In this document: positions 16,439 through 26,878 of the stretch, piece by piece
Layout of the letters: each line of letters begins with the position of its first letter
How positions within the stretch are numbered: position 1 is the first letter of the stretch
Source of the DNA: a virus
Lineage: Duplodnaviria > Caudoviricetes
Length of the DNA: 39,107 nucleotides
Direction: 5' to 3' (one strand)
IMG/VR virus record: IMGVR_UViG_3300042923_000456
Coordinates: 1 to 39,107 of that record
Program-made: the position numbers and the translations under genes
The notes under the pieces: model-generated
The model's database searches: none
What the model was told of the DNA's origin: nothing
Seen by the model: only the letters and a program-made list of their open reading frames with translations

Positions 16439-17125
16439 CTAATCTGCTTTATTATTTTCGTATATTAATACCATGCACAATATTGCAACTATGACAGCGG
16501 AAAAATATAATACAAGTGTGAAAAGCCACGAATCATTAATATACATTCCTGTATATAAAAGCAAAGCACCTATAACTATGTATATTATACTTATTGCTAT
16601 AGAAAGAATTAGACTTGCTACAAATTTATATTTAGGAACTATATATGCAAATGTTAGAATTATTGTGCCTGTTCCAACTATTGCATCTAGAAGCAAATTA
16701 AGTGGCTCATAATTAATATTTATATATCTACTCAATGAAAACATATAAACGAATCTAACTGCTAGATTTGCTAGCCAAGCTAACGGAAATGCAAGTATCC
16801 ATCTTAGCCAATTAGGGAGCCTTAATATACCTTCTTGTATGCTTTCTTCTTTTACTTGGGGTGCTTGTTCTGTTGCTGCCTGCTCTGTATAACTTTCTCT
16901 AGCCACTTGTTCTTCTGTTAATTGGTCATTGTATTGATTTCTCCACTCGTCATTTGTCAATACTTCTCTTGCATAGTTTAATTGTTTCATATATTCTTCT
17001 GCTTGCTCCCTATATTGCTGGTCTACTACATCAGGATGATACTTTGAAGCAAGAGTTTTATATGCCTTTTCTATGATGTCTTTTGATGCATTTCTACTAA
17101 CTTGAAGCAGTTCGTAAAGGTCCAA
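16439..17125 (-). CDS. J-domain (DnaJ) membrane protein
   Basis: DLYELLQV...IEKAYKTLASKYHPD...LNYAREVL...R.QYND, then four TM helices. Confidence 0.88.
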   Translation of the reverse strand: MDLYELLQVSRNASKDIIEKAYKTLASKYHPDVVDQQYREQAEEYMKQLNYAREVLTNDEWRNQYNDQLTEEQVARESYTEQAATEQAPQVKEESIQEGILRLPNWLRWILAFPLAWLANLAVRFVYMFSLSRYININYEPLNLLLDAIVGTGTIILTFAYIVPKYKFVASLILSIAISIIYIVIGALLLYTGMYINDSWLFTLVLYFSAVIVAILCMVLIYENNKAD

Positions 17126-17141
17126 TGTAACAAATCCCCCT

Positions 17142-20100
17142 TTATTTAGTAATACCTTTGTTCTTTAATATTTCGAGCTTGGCTTGTGTTTTAGCAAGTT
17201 CAACTGCCTTCCTTATAACTTCCGCCTTTTGCTCATCATTATACTTATTATATGAAGGACTGTCAATAATTGTATTAACGCTTTTAAGAGTATTTTGACC
17301 GATTAATCTTTGATATTGATTTAATTCTTCACCGCTCAAAGTAACTGTTGGATTAGTTTTTGTCTTAGGAATAATTTTATCAGCTATACCTGGTAATTGT
17401 TTAGTTTCTCCAGACTCTTGATATAATCTTACTATTTCTGCTTGTGCTTTATCTGGCTTATATGTCGTAGTAAATCCAGGATTTAAAAATACATTATAAA
17501 AACTATTTTTACCTTGATATGCCTTTACATCGTTCCCGAATATATCTACTCTCTTAGGAAGCGTTTTAGATACTCCAGGAAGTCGTGCTAACGTTTTATT
17601 AAGCGTCTTTTTAAAAGGATTAGGATCGTAAGTATCTCTAACATATGGGTCTAATACTTGAGATATTTGTTTCCCTGCCGTAGGAGTTGCTTGAGTTGTA
17701 GCACCTAACAATGTTTCACCAATACTTGCAGCTGGGGAATACCCTCCTAACAGTTTACTAGGACCTTGTAATACTGTTGAGTTAAATAACAGATTTCCGG
17801 CACTTTCTATGCCTGTCAATACTGGATTCTGACCTTCCTTTGAACCTTTAATAGCATTATATATGTCTGCTCCCATGGCAATAGGCGCACTAGCTGGCAA
17901 TGCCCAATCATATGAATAATAAGTGTCTCCTACTTTAAAAGCATAATTTTGTTTTCCTAATGCTGTTTCTATATTAGCTACTTTATTACTTTTATTTCTA
18001 TCTCCTGTTATTAAGCCTTTTTCAGCCATCAAATAACCTAAAGTCATTAATCCGGTGCCTGTTAAACTTCTAGCCATAGTATCAACAAAATTTTTCTGAT
18101 TAAAAACACCTTTTCGTGATTGTGATAATCCTTTAAAAGAACCTTTTAATGCTCCGGCAGGTGAATAATCTATAAATTTATCTAATATATTAGCTGGCGT
18201 TTTCGTGAAAGGTATAATTAAATTCATAATTGTTTGATATACCGCTTTGCCTTCTGGATGCTTGTTTAAAGATGATGGGTTTTTAAAATTGCTAAATAAA
18301 GCTGCAAAAAAACTATCATTCTGCAAGGTTCTTTCAAGAGCATATACTTTAGCATCTTCCTTCATAACATCACTTATAATATCCGTTTTCTTAATCTTCT
18401 TAAGCTCTGCTAATCTTTCAGAATATGCAGCATTATAGAATGGAGTATCACCAAGCTTTAAAGCATTTCCAACTAAATAATGCACTTTATTAGCAGCTTT
18501 ATTAACAGTTTTCATAACAGGATTAGAAGTATTCTCGTTAAATATTTTAACCTTACTTGGAAGTTCTACTCCTGCGCCTACATTGGAAGTGTCTACACCA
18601 TTTTTAATATCTAATGCCCATTCTTTCAAGCCTTTTGAAGCACCAGATAATGCAGCTTTGCCCTTTGTAAGAGGGTCTAATATAGTAGTTCTTTCACTTC
18701 CTCTTATTGCAGATACAGCCTTATCTATACCAGCACCAGGTATATTTTTTACACTTTCAAGAGTATTAAGTAATACGTTTCCCAAAGGATTTCTAACTAT
18801 AGCGGTCTTAGGATTACTTAACATCAATATTCTTTGTGCTGCTTGCATTTTTTCTGAACCACTGGAAGGTATTTTATCAGCAATTAATTGTCTTACTTTA
18901 GCAATCTCAACTCTTTGCTCATAACTTCCCTCAGGTAATGTTTTAGAGTTTTCCATATGTGTTGTAATAAAATCAACATCATCCGGTGTCAATACTGGAA
19001 GTCCTTCTTTTTGCTTAATTATATCTCTAAGCGCGTTATCATCATAAGCGCCTAAATTAACTAAATCCATTATTCTCTCAAGCTGCGACTTTTGTCCTTT
19101 AGCCGGTCTTTCTTTAAACATATTTTGTAGAATAGATTCAGATTTATCCTTAACTAATTGATCGTATTTAGTTTGAATATTTTGAGCTAATAAAGCTGCA
19201 TCTTCTCCAGTTGCTCCAGTAGCCTTTGTTATATAGTCTGACAGCTCTTGTAAAGCTTGGACTTTATCGCCCTTGCTACTCCTTGCAATTTCGTCCAAAG
19301 TCTTGCCTAAGTCCTTTAATGTAGTTTTAACACTATTCTCAACCGTCTTTTGACTATAGGTAGGTATTATGCCTTTATTAAAGTAGTTATTTAGTAGTTC
19401 TTGCGCTCTAGGGTCATCTAAATATTTAGATTCTACAATAGATTTTGCTTTATTCCATACTGAACCATAATTGGCTTTATCATTAATAGCTTGCTTTAAA
19501 AAGTCAATAGGATTCCTTGGAGGTATCTTTGCTTTAGTAGGCAACGGAGATTCTTTGGCTACTCTAAACAATTCGTTAACCATATCTTGTACTACATCTT
19601 TTTCTTTGACTTTATCAGTAGGTAAAGTAGATGAAACTTTTCTTGCAAGTAATTGTTCTGGAGATAATTTTTCTAATTCTTTAGCAGCTTCTTTCTTAGC
19701 GTTTTCAAGTATATCTTTAATTTGTTTAGTTTCATTATCAACTTTATCAAGTATTTTTGGATTAGTATTTTTAAGTCCATCTTCTACATTGTCTACAGTT
19801 CGAGCCGCATCCATTAATGCACCATCAACAGTTTTCTTATCCCAAGCCGTGTCAGTACCTTTTAATGCTCTAGCTGTTTCTCTGGTCTTTCCTGCAACTG
19901 TTTTAAGCCAATCTATCAAAGGATTATAATTACCTGTCCTTCTAGCTTCATTTCTTAATTTAATAGCAACTAAAGCAGCTTCATGAGCATCTTGACCACC
20001 ACTAAGAGAAGATTTGTTTTTAATATCGTCCATAACTTTCTGCATGTTTTCAGTTACAGCTCTTTCAGCCTGTTCTGCCCAATCAGCAGATTTTTGAGGC

Positions 20101-21236
20101 ACATAGTCAAACTCTTTAGGATCTATCAATTTCTTTTCTTCGTCTGTAAATGCTTTAGCTCTTTCAATTGTATTACTTCTAAATTTACTTTGAAGTTCAT
20201 CAAGTTTCTTTTGTGCAAATCTTTGTAAATCCATAGCCAATAGTTTTGATTTTTCATCTGGAGCATTTTTTATTTGTTCCTCAATTTGCTTTAATGTATT
20301 ATTTATATCATCTACATTATCTAACTTAGAGATATAATCTTGAGTTATATTAGCTATTGTAGGCGTTGTTTTATTGACGGGTATATTTGTATTAGGAGTT
20401 TCCATTCGGCTTGCCGTAGGCTCAATTTTGGCGTTTAAAGGTTGTTCTATTTTAGGTAGTTTAGGTTCTAATGATTTTAGATAATTTATGCCTTCTCCAG
20501 CTAATTTGCCAGCACCAAATAATGCAGCTCCACCTGTCATATTTACAGCTAAATCTTTGGGAAGATCTTTAATTCTTCCTTCTGATAAATTTTGAATTAC
20601 TGTTCCTGCTCCTGCATCTACAGCACCACGAGTTAAAGCACCAGCTAACTGATTCCCTATTACTGTACTTCCCCCTCGTTCTAATCCTCCTATAGCTTTT
20701 TTACCCAATAAATTTGCTACTTTATCCCCTGCTAATTTAGAAATATCGTCTGTAGCATTTAAAAGATTAGTACCTCCACCTGGTCCAGCTAATCCCATAC
20801 CCAATAATTGCCCACCTACATCAGTGGCAGTATTTAATATTTTACTTCCAGTATCTGCTGGAGCCTGTTTATTGCCTTGTGCATCTACTAAATAAGCATT
20901 ACCACCGCTTAAGGCATTAGCTGCATTACTCATAAGCCTTTGTGTTACAGGTATTCTATTAAATGTTTCTAATGCAAAGCCAAGAGGTTTTATTAAATTA
21001 GGGGTTTCAGTATGAGTTTCTTTATATTGTTCCCATGCTGGCTTACCTATGATGTTACCTAATCCTCTTGATGGTTCCATAGGCTTAATAGAAGGTAAGG
21101 AAGGATTTTGTATTCCTAAATCTTCGTAAGTGTAAAGCCTTGAATATTCTGGTTTTTTTTCTTCGTAATTAAGTCCTTTTAGTGAAGGTGTTACTGTTTT
21201 ACTTTCAAAGTCTTTAGCTGTCCACTTATAAGCCAT
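17142..21236 (-). CDS. Large internal virion / DNA ejection protein
   Basis: 1364 aa, Gly/Ala-rich N-terminus, helical body, LPD38-like C-terminal region (YAFKVGDTYYSYDW..P); last gene of podoviral structural module. Confidence 0.72.
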   Translation of the reverse strand: MAYKWTAKDFESKTVTPSLKGLNYEEKKPEYSRLYTYEDLGIQNPSLPSIKPMEPSRGLGNIIGKPAWEQYKETHTETPNLIKPLGFALETFNRIPVTQRLMSNAANALSGGNAYLVDAQGNKQAPADTGSKILNTATDVGGQLLGMGLAGPGGGTNLLNATDDISKLAGDKVANLLGKKAIGGLERGGSTVIGNQLAGALTRGAVDAGAGTVIQNLSEGRIKDLPKDLAVNMTGGAALFGAGKLAGEGINYLKSLEPKLPKIEQPLNAKIEPTASRMETPNTNIPVNKTTPTIANITQDYISKLDNVDDINNTLKQIEEQIKNAPDEKSKLLAMDLQRFAQKKLDELQSKFRSNTIERAKAFTDEEKKLIDPKEFDYVPQKSADWAEQAERAVTENMQKVMDDIKNKSSLSGGQDAHEAALVAIKLRNEARRTGNYNPLIDWLKTVAGKTRETARALKGTDTAWDKKTVDGALMDAARTVDNVEDGLKNTNPKILDKVDNETKQIKDILENAKKEAAKELEKLSPEQLLARKVSSTLPTDKVKEKDVVQDMVNELFRVAKESPLPTKAKIPPRNPIDFLKQAINDKANYGSVWNKAKSIVESKYLDDPRAQELLNNYFNKGIIPTYSQKTVENSVKTTLKDLGKTLDEIARSSKGDKVQALQELSDYITKATGATGEDAALLAQNIQTKYDQLVKDKSESILQNMFKERPAKGQKSQLERIMDLVNLGAYDDNALRDIIKQKEGLPVLTPDDVDFITTHMENSKTLPEGSYEQRVEIAKVRQLIADKIPSSGSEKMQAAQRILMLSNPKTAIVRNPLGNVLLNTLESVKNIPGAGIDKAVSAIRGSERTTILDPLTKGKAALSGASKGLKEWALDIKNGVDTSNVGAGVELPSKVKIFNENTSNPVMKTVNKAANKVHYLVGNALKLGDTPFYNAAYSERLAELKKIKKTDIISDVMKEDAKVYALERTLQNDSFFAALFSNFKNPSSLNKHPEGKAVYQTIMNLIIPFTKTPANILDKFIDYSPAGALKGSFKGLSQSRKGVFNQKNFVDTMARSLTGTGLMTLGYLMAEKGLITGDRNKSNKVANIETALGKQNYAFKVGDTYYSYDWALPASAPIAMGADIYNAIKGSKEGQNPVLTGIESAGNLLFNSTVLQGPSKLLGGYSPAASIGETLLGATTQATPTAGKQISQVLDPYVRDTYDPNPFKKTLNKTLARLPGVSKTLPKRVDIFGNDVKAYQGKNSFYNVFLNPGFTTTYKPDKAQAEIVRLYQESGETKQLPGIADKIIPKTKTNPTVTLSGEELNQYQRLIGQNTLKSVNTIIDSPSYNKYNDEQKAEVIRKAVELAKTQAKLEILKNKGITK

Positions 21237-21247
21237 CTATATCCCTC

Positions 21248-22468
21248 CTATCTTGCTCCTGCGTACGAACTATATCCACCAAGATTATAATACGGATTTT
21301 CCGATTTTGGTTCTAACCCTAATGTATTTGCTAATTTAATTTTATAATCTGTAGGCAAGTCTAAACCTTTTAACCAATTTGCTATTTGATCATCTTCGTA
21401 TTGTCTTACTTTGCCACCATCAGCATTTGTTAAGGTTGAATTTTTAAGATTTAATCCTATATCTAAATACTGGTTATAATCCGATTGTAACTGTTTAGCA
21501 GTATTTGCACTAGAAGATTGACTAGCCTGTTGAGCATTTAAATTATAGTTTCTATCTGCATTTAATCTATTAAGGTTGTATTCAGCATTCCATTGATTAT
21601 TAGCATTGTCAAATTGTCTATTCCACTGATCTGTAGATGTATCAAATTGTGTTTGTCTGAATGCATTATCTAACTCTTGTTGTTTACTTTGTAGTTCTTG
21701 ATTAGCTTGAGCTATTGCAAGCTGACCTTGTTGAATACTTAATTGACCTTGTTGTACTGCATTAGATATTTCAGCTTGTTTCTTTTCAAAGTCAAATTGT
21801 GCTTGAGCCATGGAGTTATTAAATTGTTGTTGTTTTAATTGATCTGTGTATCTTTGACTTTCTCTAGTATCTGTAATTGTATCTCTTCCGGCTTGATAAT
21901 TAAAAGCTCTATCTGCATTCATTTGATTAATTAACTGTTGCATACTTTGAGCTTCTATTCCTGCTTGTGCTGCAACTACATCGTCATTAAATGCATTATT
22001 AACATCAGATACTCTCCTTGCATTATCTGCAAATGCGTTAGCTTCTGCTGTTTGCAAATTACCTAAAGTGCCTTGCAGAGCAACATTTCTTGCAAGTTCA
22101 GCCTGTCCGCTTGCTCCTGCATTGGATTGACCTCTTTGAGCCATATATTCTGCAAAGTTTTTTGCCTGGAGTTGACTACCTGTTGAAGCGTTTGACCTTT
22201 GGTTATAATATTGTGGTGCAATTTCTTTTTTTTCTGCTTTTAAATTAGACAGAGTTTTATCTCTTGCACTAGCAAGTGATATAATTGATTGATTCTTTTG
22301 AGCTTGTTTCAAAGCATTTATTTGATCTATAGGATTATAAGTAGGTGAAGTAGTATTTGTAGATGCAGGAACCGCTTGCTGTGTTGGTGTAGCATTAGAT
22401 TTATTATAAGCATCTGTAACTGCATTTTGTTTTCCTAAATCCGCATAATATTTAACATAGTTTATCAT
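21248..22468 (-). CDS. Gln/Asn-rich internal virion (ejection/pilot) protein
   Basis: Q/N/A-rich coiled coil; start reassigned to ATG after GGAGG. Confidence 0.7.
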   Translation of the reverse strand: MINYVKYYADLGKQNAVTDAYNKSNATPTQQAVPASTNTTSPTYNPIDQINALKQAQKNQSIISLASARDKTLSNLKAEKKEIAPQYYNQRSNASTGSQLQAKNFAEYMAQRGQSNAGASGQAELARNVALQGTLGNLQTAEANAFADNARRVSDVNNAFNDDVVAAQAGIEAQSMQQLINQMNADRAFNYQAGRDTITDTRESQRYTDQLKQQQFNNSMAQAQFDFEKKQAEISNAVQQGQLSIQQGQLAIAQANQELQSKQQELDNAFRQTQFDTSTDQWNRQFDNANNQWNAEYNLNRLNADRNYNLNAQQASQSSSANTAKQLQSDYNQYLDIGLNLKNSTLTNADGGKVRQYEDDQIANWLKGLDLPTDYKIKLANTLGLEPKSENPYYNLGGYSSYAGAR

Positions 22469-22489
22469 TTTAAACCTCCCTTCATTGGA

Positions 22490-22535
22490 AAAAGGCAAAA
22501 TAAAAAAGCCTTTTTAGACTTCTATTTTGCCTTCT
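22490..22535 (-). terminator. Intrinsic terminator / hairpin
   Basis: AAGGCAAAATA...TATTTTGCCTT inverted repeat. Confidence 0.65.
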
Positions 22536-22539
22536 AGGG

Positions 22540-22752
22540 TTATTCTGGAATATAAGCGATAGTATCGTCATATTCCTGTTGGGTAATCCAGCCTTGAGCA
22601 AGCGCATTATCAATATCATCTAAAGGATAATGAGTAGCTGCATACTCTTTTACAGGTTCAACATATTCTGTAGGAATAGTCGAAAAGCTAGTTGTACCAT
22701 ACCTGTAAATATTTCTAGCATAAGTTGAAGTTCTAAACTCATAAATTGGCAT
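22540..22752 (-). CDS. XkdX-like small tail-associated protein
   Basis: ALAQGWITQQEYDD C-terminal motif; follows coiled-coil chaperone. Confidence 0.6.
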   Translation of the reverse strand: MPIYEFRTSTYARNIYRYGTTSFSTIPTEYVEPVKEYAATHYPLDDIDNALAQGWITQQEYDDTIAYIPE

Positions 22753-22764
22753 AATATTTACCTC

Positions 22765-23064
22765 CTATGCTTCTTCTGGATTCATGCTAAAATAAAAATC
22801 CATGAACGCTTGAAAATCAGCACTCATGGTGAGCATGTCATTTTTAAGTTTTGTATTCTCTGTTTTTAATTCTGTGTTTTCTTCTTCTAGATCGTTAGCT
22901 TTATTAATTACATCTAAAAGTGGGTTACTTGGCATTTCTCCACCACCTGGATTATCCCAAGCCATCTCCACTCTATGACTTACTGTAACACCATCAATTG
23001 TATATTCTATAATGACTAATTTCCTTGCTTCATCTACCCATTGATTTAAAATATATGGTTCCAT
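22765..23064 (-). CDS. XkdW-like tail fibre chaperone
   Basis: C-terminal coiled coil LEEENTELKTEN; start moved to ATG after AGGAGG. Confidence 0.55.
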   Translation of the reverse strand: MEPYILNQWVDEARKLVIIEYTIDGVTVSHRVEMAWDNPGGGEMPSNPLLDVINKANDLEEENTELKTENTKLKNDMLTMSADFQAFMDFYFSMNPEEA

Positions 23065-23074
23065 AATATCCCTC

Positions 23075-23416
23075 CTACGGTAATACTCTGTACATTGCAT
23101 AAATATTAACTGCTGCCGTAACCTTTAATGAAGTTGCGCCAATTATTCTTAGTCCAGATAAATCTGATACGGTACCCGGTGGAATAGGAAGTCTAATTCT
23201 ATTTGTTGCTCCATCTATCTGTACAATTGCATCGACTTCATTTGTAGTATAGTTTGCTATAGACACTAATTGACATTTGCCAGTTATATTAAAAACCGTA
23301 TTTGCGCCATCTGATGTTGTTGTTAAAAAATTATTTGTATGAGTTATACCAACTCCAACTTGTCTGCCTATTTCTTGCAATGTGTCTTGCCTTGCAATAT
23401 AAATTTCTCCAGCCAT
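23075..23416 (-). CDS. Tail fibre-associated structural protein
   Basis: Beta-rich ORF in tail module. Confidence 0.6.
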   Translation of the reverse strand: MAGEIYIARQDTLQEIGRQVGVGITHTNNFLTTTSDGANTVFNITGKCQLVSIANYTTNEVDAIVQIDGATNRIRLPIPPGTVSDLSGLRIIGATSLKVTAAVNIYAMYRVLP

Positions 23417-23427
23417 ATTCTACCTCC

Positions 23428-24123
23428 TTATAACAATCTGTAGTATAAAGCACCATTGTTGATACCTGTAACATATTTATCGGTTGTTGTATCGTCCATT
23501 ATTGCATTATTGGCACAATCAATAAACCATACATTTCCCGTCATAGATTGCGCTTCTGCAAAAGAGTAAGGTGTAGTTAAAACAATATCTTTACCATTCT
23601 TTGTATTCATTGTTAGTAGGGAACTATACTTAACAATAACTGTTCCACTGCTATAATTCTTAACTATTCTTACTTTTTGTGGTTTTGTAGTTATAAAATT
23701 ATTAATTTGAACAACTCCGCCACCAGTTGTATTTGTGTATATTACATCGATATTTGAAACATCTAAATTGTCATATGTTCCTGCTGTTAATGTTAAAAGT
23801 CTATTCCTAAAATTACTTGCCATTTTAGCATCCGTCAAGGTTCCGTCTGGAATACCACCTAATACATAAGTACTAAGCTGGCTTTTAAGTTCAGCTAAAG
23901 CTGCTTGAACTTGAGTCGCTGTAAGTCCTCCTATTGCTGATATTGGTATATTACTAGCTATTAATTGAGGTATCAGAGTGCTATTGATATAATCTTGAAT
24001 ATCAATAGCAGCTTGGTCAAATTTAAGTTTAAGTTGAGCTGGTGTCAAATTATCTTCTTGATTAGGTCTATCGCTTAAAGATTGAATTGTATCTATTGAG
24101 CCAGTATAATTAGTAAATGCCAT
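23428..24123 (-). CDS. Tail fibre / fibre adaptor protein
   Basis: LSDRPN...LTPAQLKLKFD N-terminus, ATQVQAALAEL, IPDGTLTDAK motifs. Confidence 0.65.
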   Translation of the reverse strand: MAFTNYTGSIDTIQSLSDRPNQEDNLTPAQLKLKFDQAAIDIQDYINSTLIPQLIASNIPISAIGGLTATQVQAALAELKSQLSTYVLGGIPDGTLTDAKMASNFRNRLLTLTAGTYDNLDVSNIDVIYTNTTGGGVVQINNFITTKPQKVRIVKNYSSGTVIVKYSSLLTMNTKNGKDIVLTTPYSFAEAQSMTGNVWFIDCANNAIMDDTTTDKYVTGINNGALYYRLL

Positions 24124-24135
24124 ATAAGCACCTCC

Positions 24136-25905
24136 TTATTTCGACATACCACCAGATAATGCTGGTAGATTTATATTTAATATAGTCATAGAATCCGTTA
24201 AGCTGTCATTTGATATTATTAATTTAAAATAGGTAAATTTCTTTGCCTTAAGCTTTAATCTAAATGGATGAGGTATTGATATAGTTTCAAAACTAAAGTC
24301 GCCAAAATCAACATTTGTAAAGTTAGCTAAGTTGTAAGAAATAATGTCAGGATCACTGCTTGTTGAGTAATCTGTTTGCCACTCTACAAAACATATGCTT
24401 TTAGTTTCTGGTTGAAGTCCCACCCATCCAAAGTTTATAAACTTTCTTTTGTTGTTTTCTCCAAAATCTAAGAACCCTGTTTCTAGCTTAGAATGAATTA
24501 TTTCTCCATTATCGTCTGTCATTAGCCCATACTCACCAAACTTCATTATTTGCCCTGTGGTAGTTCCAAAATATAACTCATTGTCTATCTCAATAAAACA
24601 TGTTGGCGTGTTGTATAGCTCAAATTTATACCATACATCAAGCCTATAATTGTAAATATAAATTATTTTACCTACTGCAAGCCAATATTCAGCAGCCTTA
24701 ACATAATCAAAAGTTATAGCATTAGTTAAATCCAATTCATCCAAGGCTAATTGAACCCTTTGTGATTTTAATACCGCATTTCTTTCATCTCTTACATTAG
24801 TAGCCACCCATTCATATACTCCATTGTATATAGAGAACGGATTATTTTGAATTAACTGACTTTGTCCAAAAGCTACGTTTCCACGCTCTTGGTTTAATGC
24901 GAAAACAGGAAATGAAGCTATTACATTGTCGTTAACATCTGTTATTGCATCATAGTAAGTAAACCAGGTATCATTTTCGGTATAAATAATAGCTCTATCA
25001 TATTGTCTTATCATGTCTGTAACTGCAAATTGGCTAGAACCTACTTTATTATTATTAAACTCTGGAAAGTATTCTGCTGAAGGTAACCCATCTGCTAAAG
25101 CGCTAAAGTAAATTGTATTCTTATCGTCTAGATTCCCCCATATGTGTACTCTTGTATCCGAAGCACCTCCAAATATTAAAGCCTTTTTATTCTTATATAC
25201 TTTACTTCTTTGTCCTGAGCCTTTTGCCCATCCTATATCAACATTATCTTGTCCTGTTGCAGGAGCTGAGGTAAATGTTATTGTTCCAGTAGTTAAATTA
25301 ACAGTATAATCAGTAGTTAAAGTTTTAGTAACTCCGTTTACTTTTACAAAATCAATGCTTGCTACATTTGCTTCAGCTATAAAATAAGCTGTAGCAGTTC
25401 CATCAGCATTAAAAGTTTGATGTTTCTCGCCTGTCAGCATATTTATTTCTTCGTATAAAGTTCCTCCGCCTGCTGGAGGTGTTCCAATTGCAACTTTAGG
25501 TCTATACCCTGCTACATCTTCTATACTTCCTGTTCCTGCCCATTTCTTATAAGATGAACCGTTCATTATATACAAATTATCGTTGAACGCAAAAAAGAAC
25601 GTCTTAGCATCTGTAAGTGTTCCTAAATCTGTATTTACATTTGTAGTCATATTTTGTTCATATACATGTCCATTACAAGCAAAAACAAAATGATAAGTAT
25701 TAGATAGTTTACCGTACCACATACCTTGTATATTTTTTGAAGCTATACTTGCAAATAACTCTTCATAACCTTCTCTTTTACGAGGTTTATAATTCTCTGT
25801 TATCCTTATGTTTTTACATTCAGATAATTCTCCAACTTTTAAATTTGTATCTCCTGTAGCATCTAAGTGAATGCCAAGGAAATGATCTATTAATACAGTT
25901 GACAA
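24136..25905 (-). CDS. Tail nozzle / DNA stabilisation protein (P22 gp10 / T7 gp12-like)
   Basis: About 590 aa beta-propeller-like, KREGY near N-terminus, follows adaptor; internal DYTVNLTTGTITFTSAP domain; TTG start likely. Confidence 0.75.
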   Translation of the reverse strand: MSTVLIDHFLGIHLDATGDTNLKVGELSECKNIRITENYKPRKREGYEELFASIASKNIQGMWYGKLSNTYHFVFACNGHVYEQNMTTNVNTDLGTLTDAKTFFFAFNDNLYIMNGSSYKKWAGTGSIEDVAGYRPKVAIGTPPAGGGTLYEEINMLTGEKHQTFNADGTATAYFIAEANVASIDFVKVNGVTKTLTTDYTVNLTTGTITFTSAPATGQDNVDIGWAKGSGQRSKVYKNKKALIFGGASDTRVHIWGNLDDKNTIYFSALADGLPSAEYFPEFNNNKVGSSQFAVTDMIRQYDRAIIYTENDTWFTYYDAITDVNDNVIASFPVFALNQERGNVAFGQSQLIQNNPFSIYNGVYEWVATNVRDERNAVLKSQRVQLALDELDLTNAITFDYVKAAEYWLAVGKIIYIYNYRLDVWYKFELYNTPTCFIEIDNELYFGTTTGQIMKFGEYGLMTDDNGEIIHSKLETGFLDFGENNKRKFINFGWVGLQPETKSICFVEWQTDYSTSSDPDIISYNLANFTNVDFGDFSFETISIPHPFRLKLKAKKFTYFKLIISNDSLTDSMTILNINLPALSGGMSK

Positions 25906-25906
25906 G

Positions 25907-26845
25907 TTACCACCACCCACCGTATACGTCTTGTATTTCGTCTATAGTTGAGGGTTGTTTAATAAAAGATTCTGCCTTTAGTTGGTTATATTTACTTGTT
26001 AAAACATTGGTCATAAATTCGTTTTGCTCTGCTGCCATGAAGTTTTTAGCTAATTCATAAGCTATAATATTAACATTTATATCATCTAATTCTAAAGTAT
26101 CTGTTAATGCTGTTATTTCTGTAGGTATATAATTGTATTCAATTTTTAACTCTCCATTAAAATCATACTCTACATATAGACTTTGTCTATTCCCTTCATG
26201 CTCGACTTTATAATTAGCAGTTTTAACATATTCTTTTATAGGATATTCAGCTACAACTTGTTTTATTGATTTTAAATCTGCTGGCAACTCCATTTCGACC
26301 CAAGGCGCATACTCTGGAGCAACTTGCAAAGGATAATTAAACAATGCTCTATTAACAATTCTAAAATAGTATGTTCCTGTTGCCCTTATTCTTGCCTTTG
26401 TAGCGCCATTGGTAGGTGTGACAATACCTTTGTATGCCGTGAATCCTGCGACCGTTGGCGAAGCTGCTACAGTAGCTAAAACGTTCCATGTATTTGTGTA
26501 ATCCTCAATGTATACTGTACAAGGTTTATCAACTTCAAAGTAATAAGCTTTTACACTTCCAAATTGATTTATATTACCTTCATATGTTAATTCTATCCCT
26601 TTATAGTCATCTATTCTGTATTGGTCTCCTAGCATATTGGGAATAGGACTATAAGCAATTCTATATATTTTATACAAGTTTCCAGCTGAAGCTAATTCTT
26701 TTTGAATCATATCTATTAAAGAAGGAGCCTTACCGGCATAATCCTTTGTTTTATTTGCATCTATTCCGCCTGTCGCAGACAATTCGTCTATTAGAGCCAA
26801 TGACTTTTTATATATTTGTTGTGCTGTTGTGCTAATTTTAATCAC
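25907..26845 (-). CDS. Head-tail adaptor (P22 gp4 / T7 gp11-like) with inserted beta domain
   Basis: Helical termini, ELPADLKSI motif, position before nozzle; start may be ATT at 26836. Confidence 0.7.
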   Translation of the reverse strand: MIKISTTAQQIYKKSLALIDELSATGGIDANKTKDYAGKAPSLIDMIQKELASAGNLYKIYRIAYSPIPNMLGDQYRIDDYKGIELTYEGNINQFGSVKAYYFEVDKPCTVYIEDYTNTWNVLATVAASPTVAGFTAYKGIVTPTNGATKARIRATGTYYFRIVNRALFNYPLQVAPEYAPWVEMELPADLKSIKQVVAEYPIKEYVKTANYKVEHEGNRQSLYVEYDFNGELKIEYNYIPTEITALTDTLELDDINVNIIAYELAKNFMAAEQNEFMTNVLTSKYNQLKAESFIKQPSTIDEIQDVYGGWW

Positions 26846-26854
26846 CTCCTATAG

Positions 26855-26878
26855 TTCGTAATTTATTCCAAAAACGAA
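26855..26878. other. dif-like palindromic site D
   Basis: TTCGTAATT-tattcc-AAAAACGAA directly after the spike stop codon. Confidence 0.6.

Noticed and set aside
21560-21860. Repetitive Gln/Asn-rich DNA as a nucleotide repeat array
   Set aside because: Repeats are at protein level (QQF, QWN) with degenerate codons, typical of ejection/pilot proteins.
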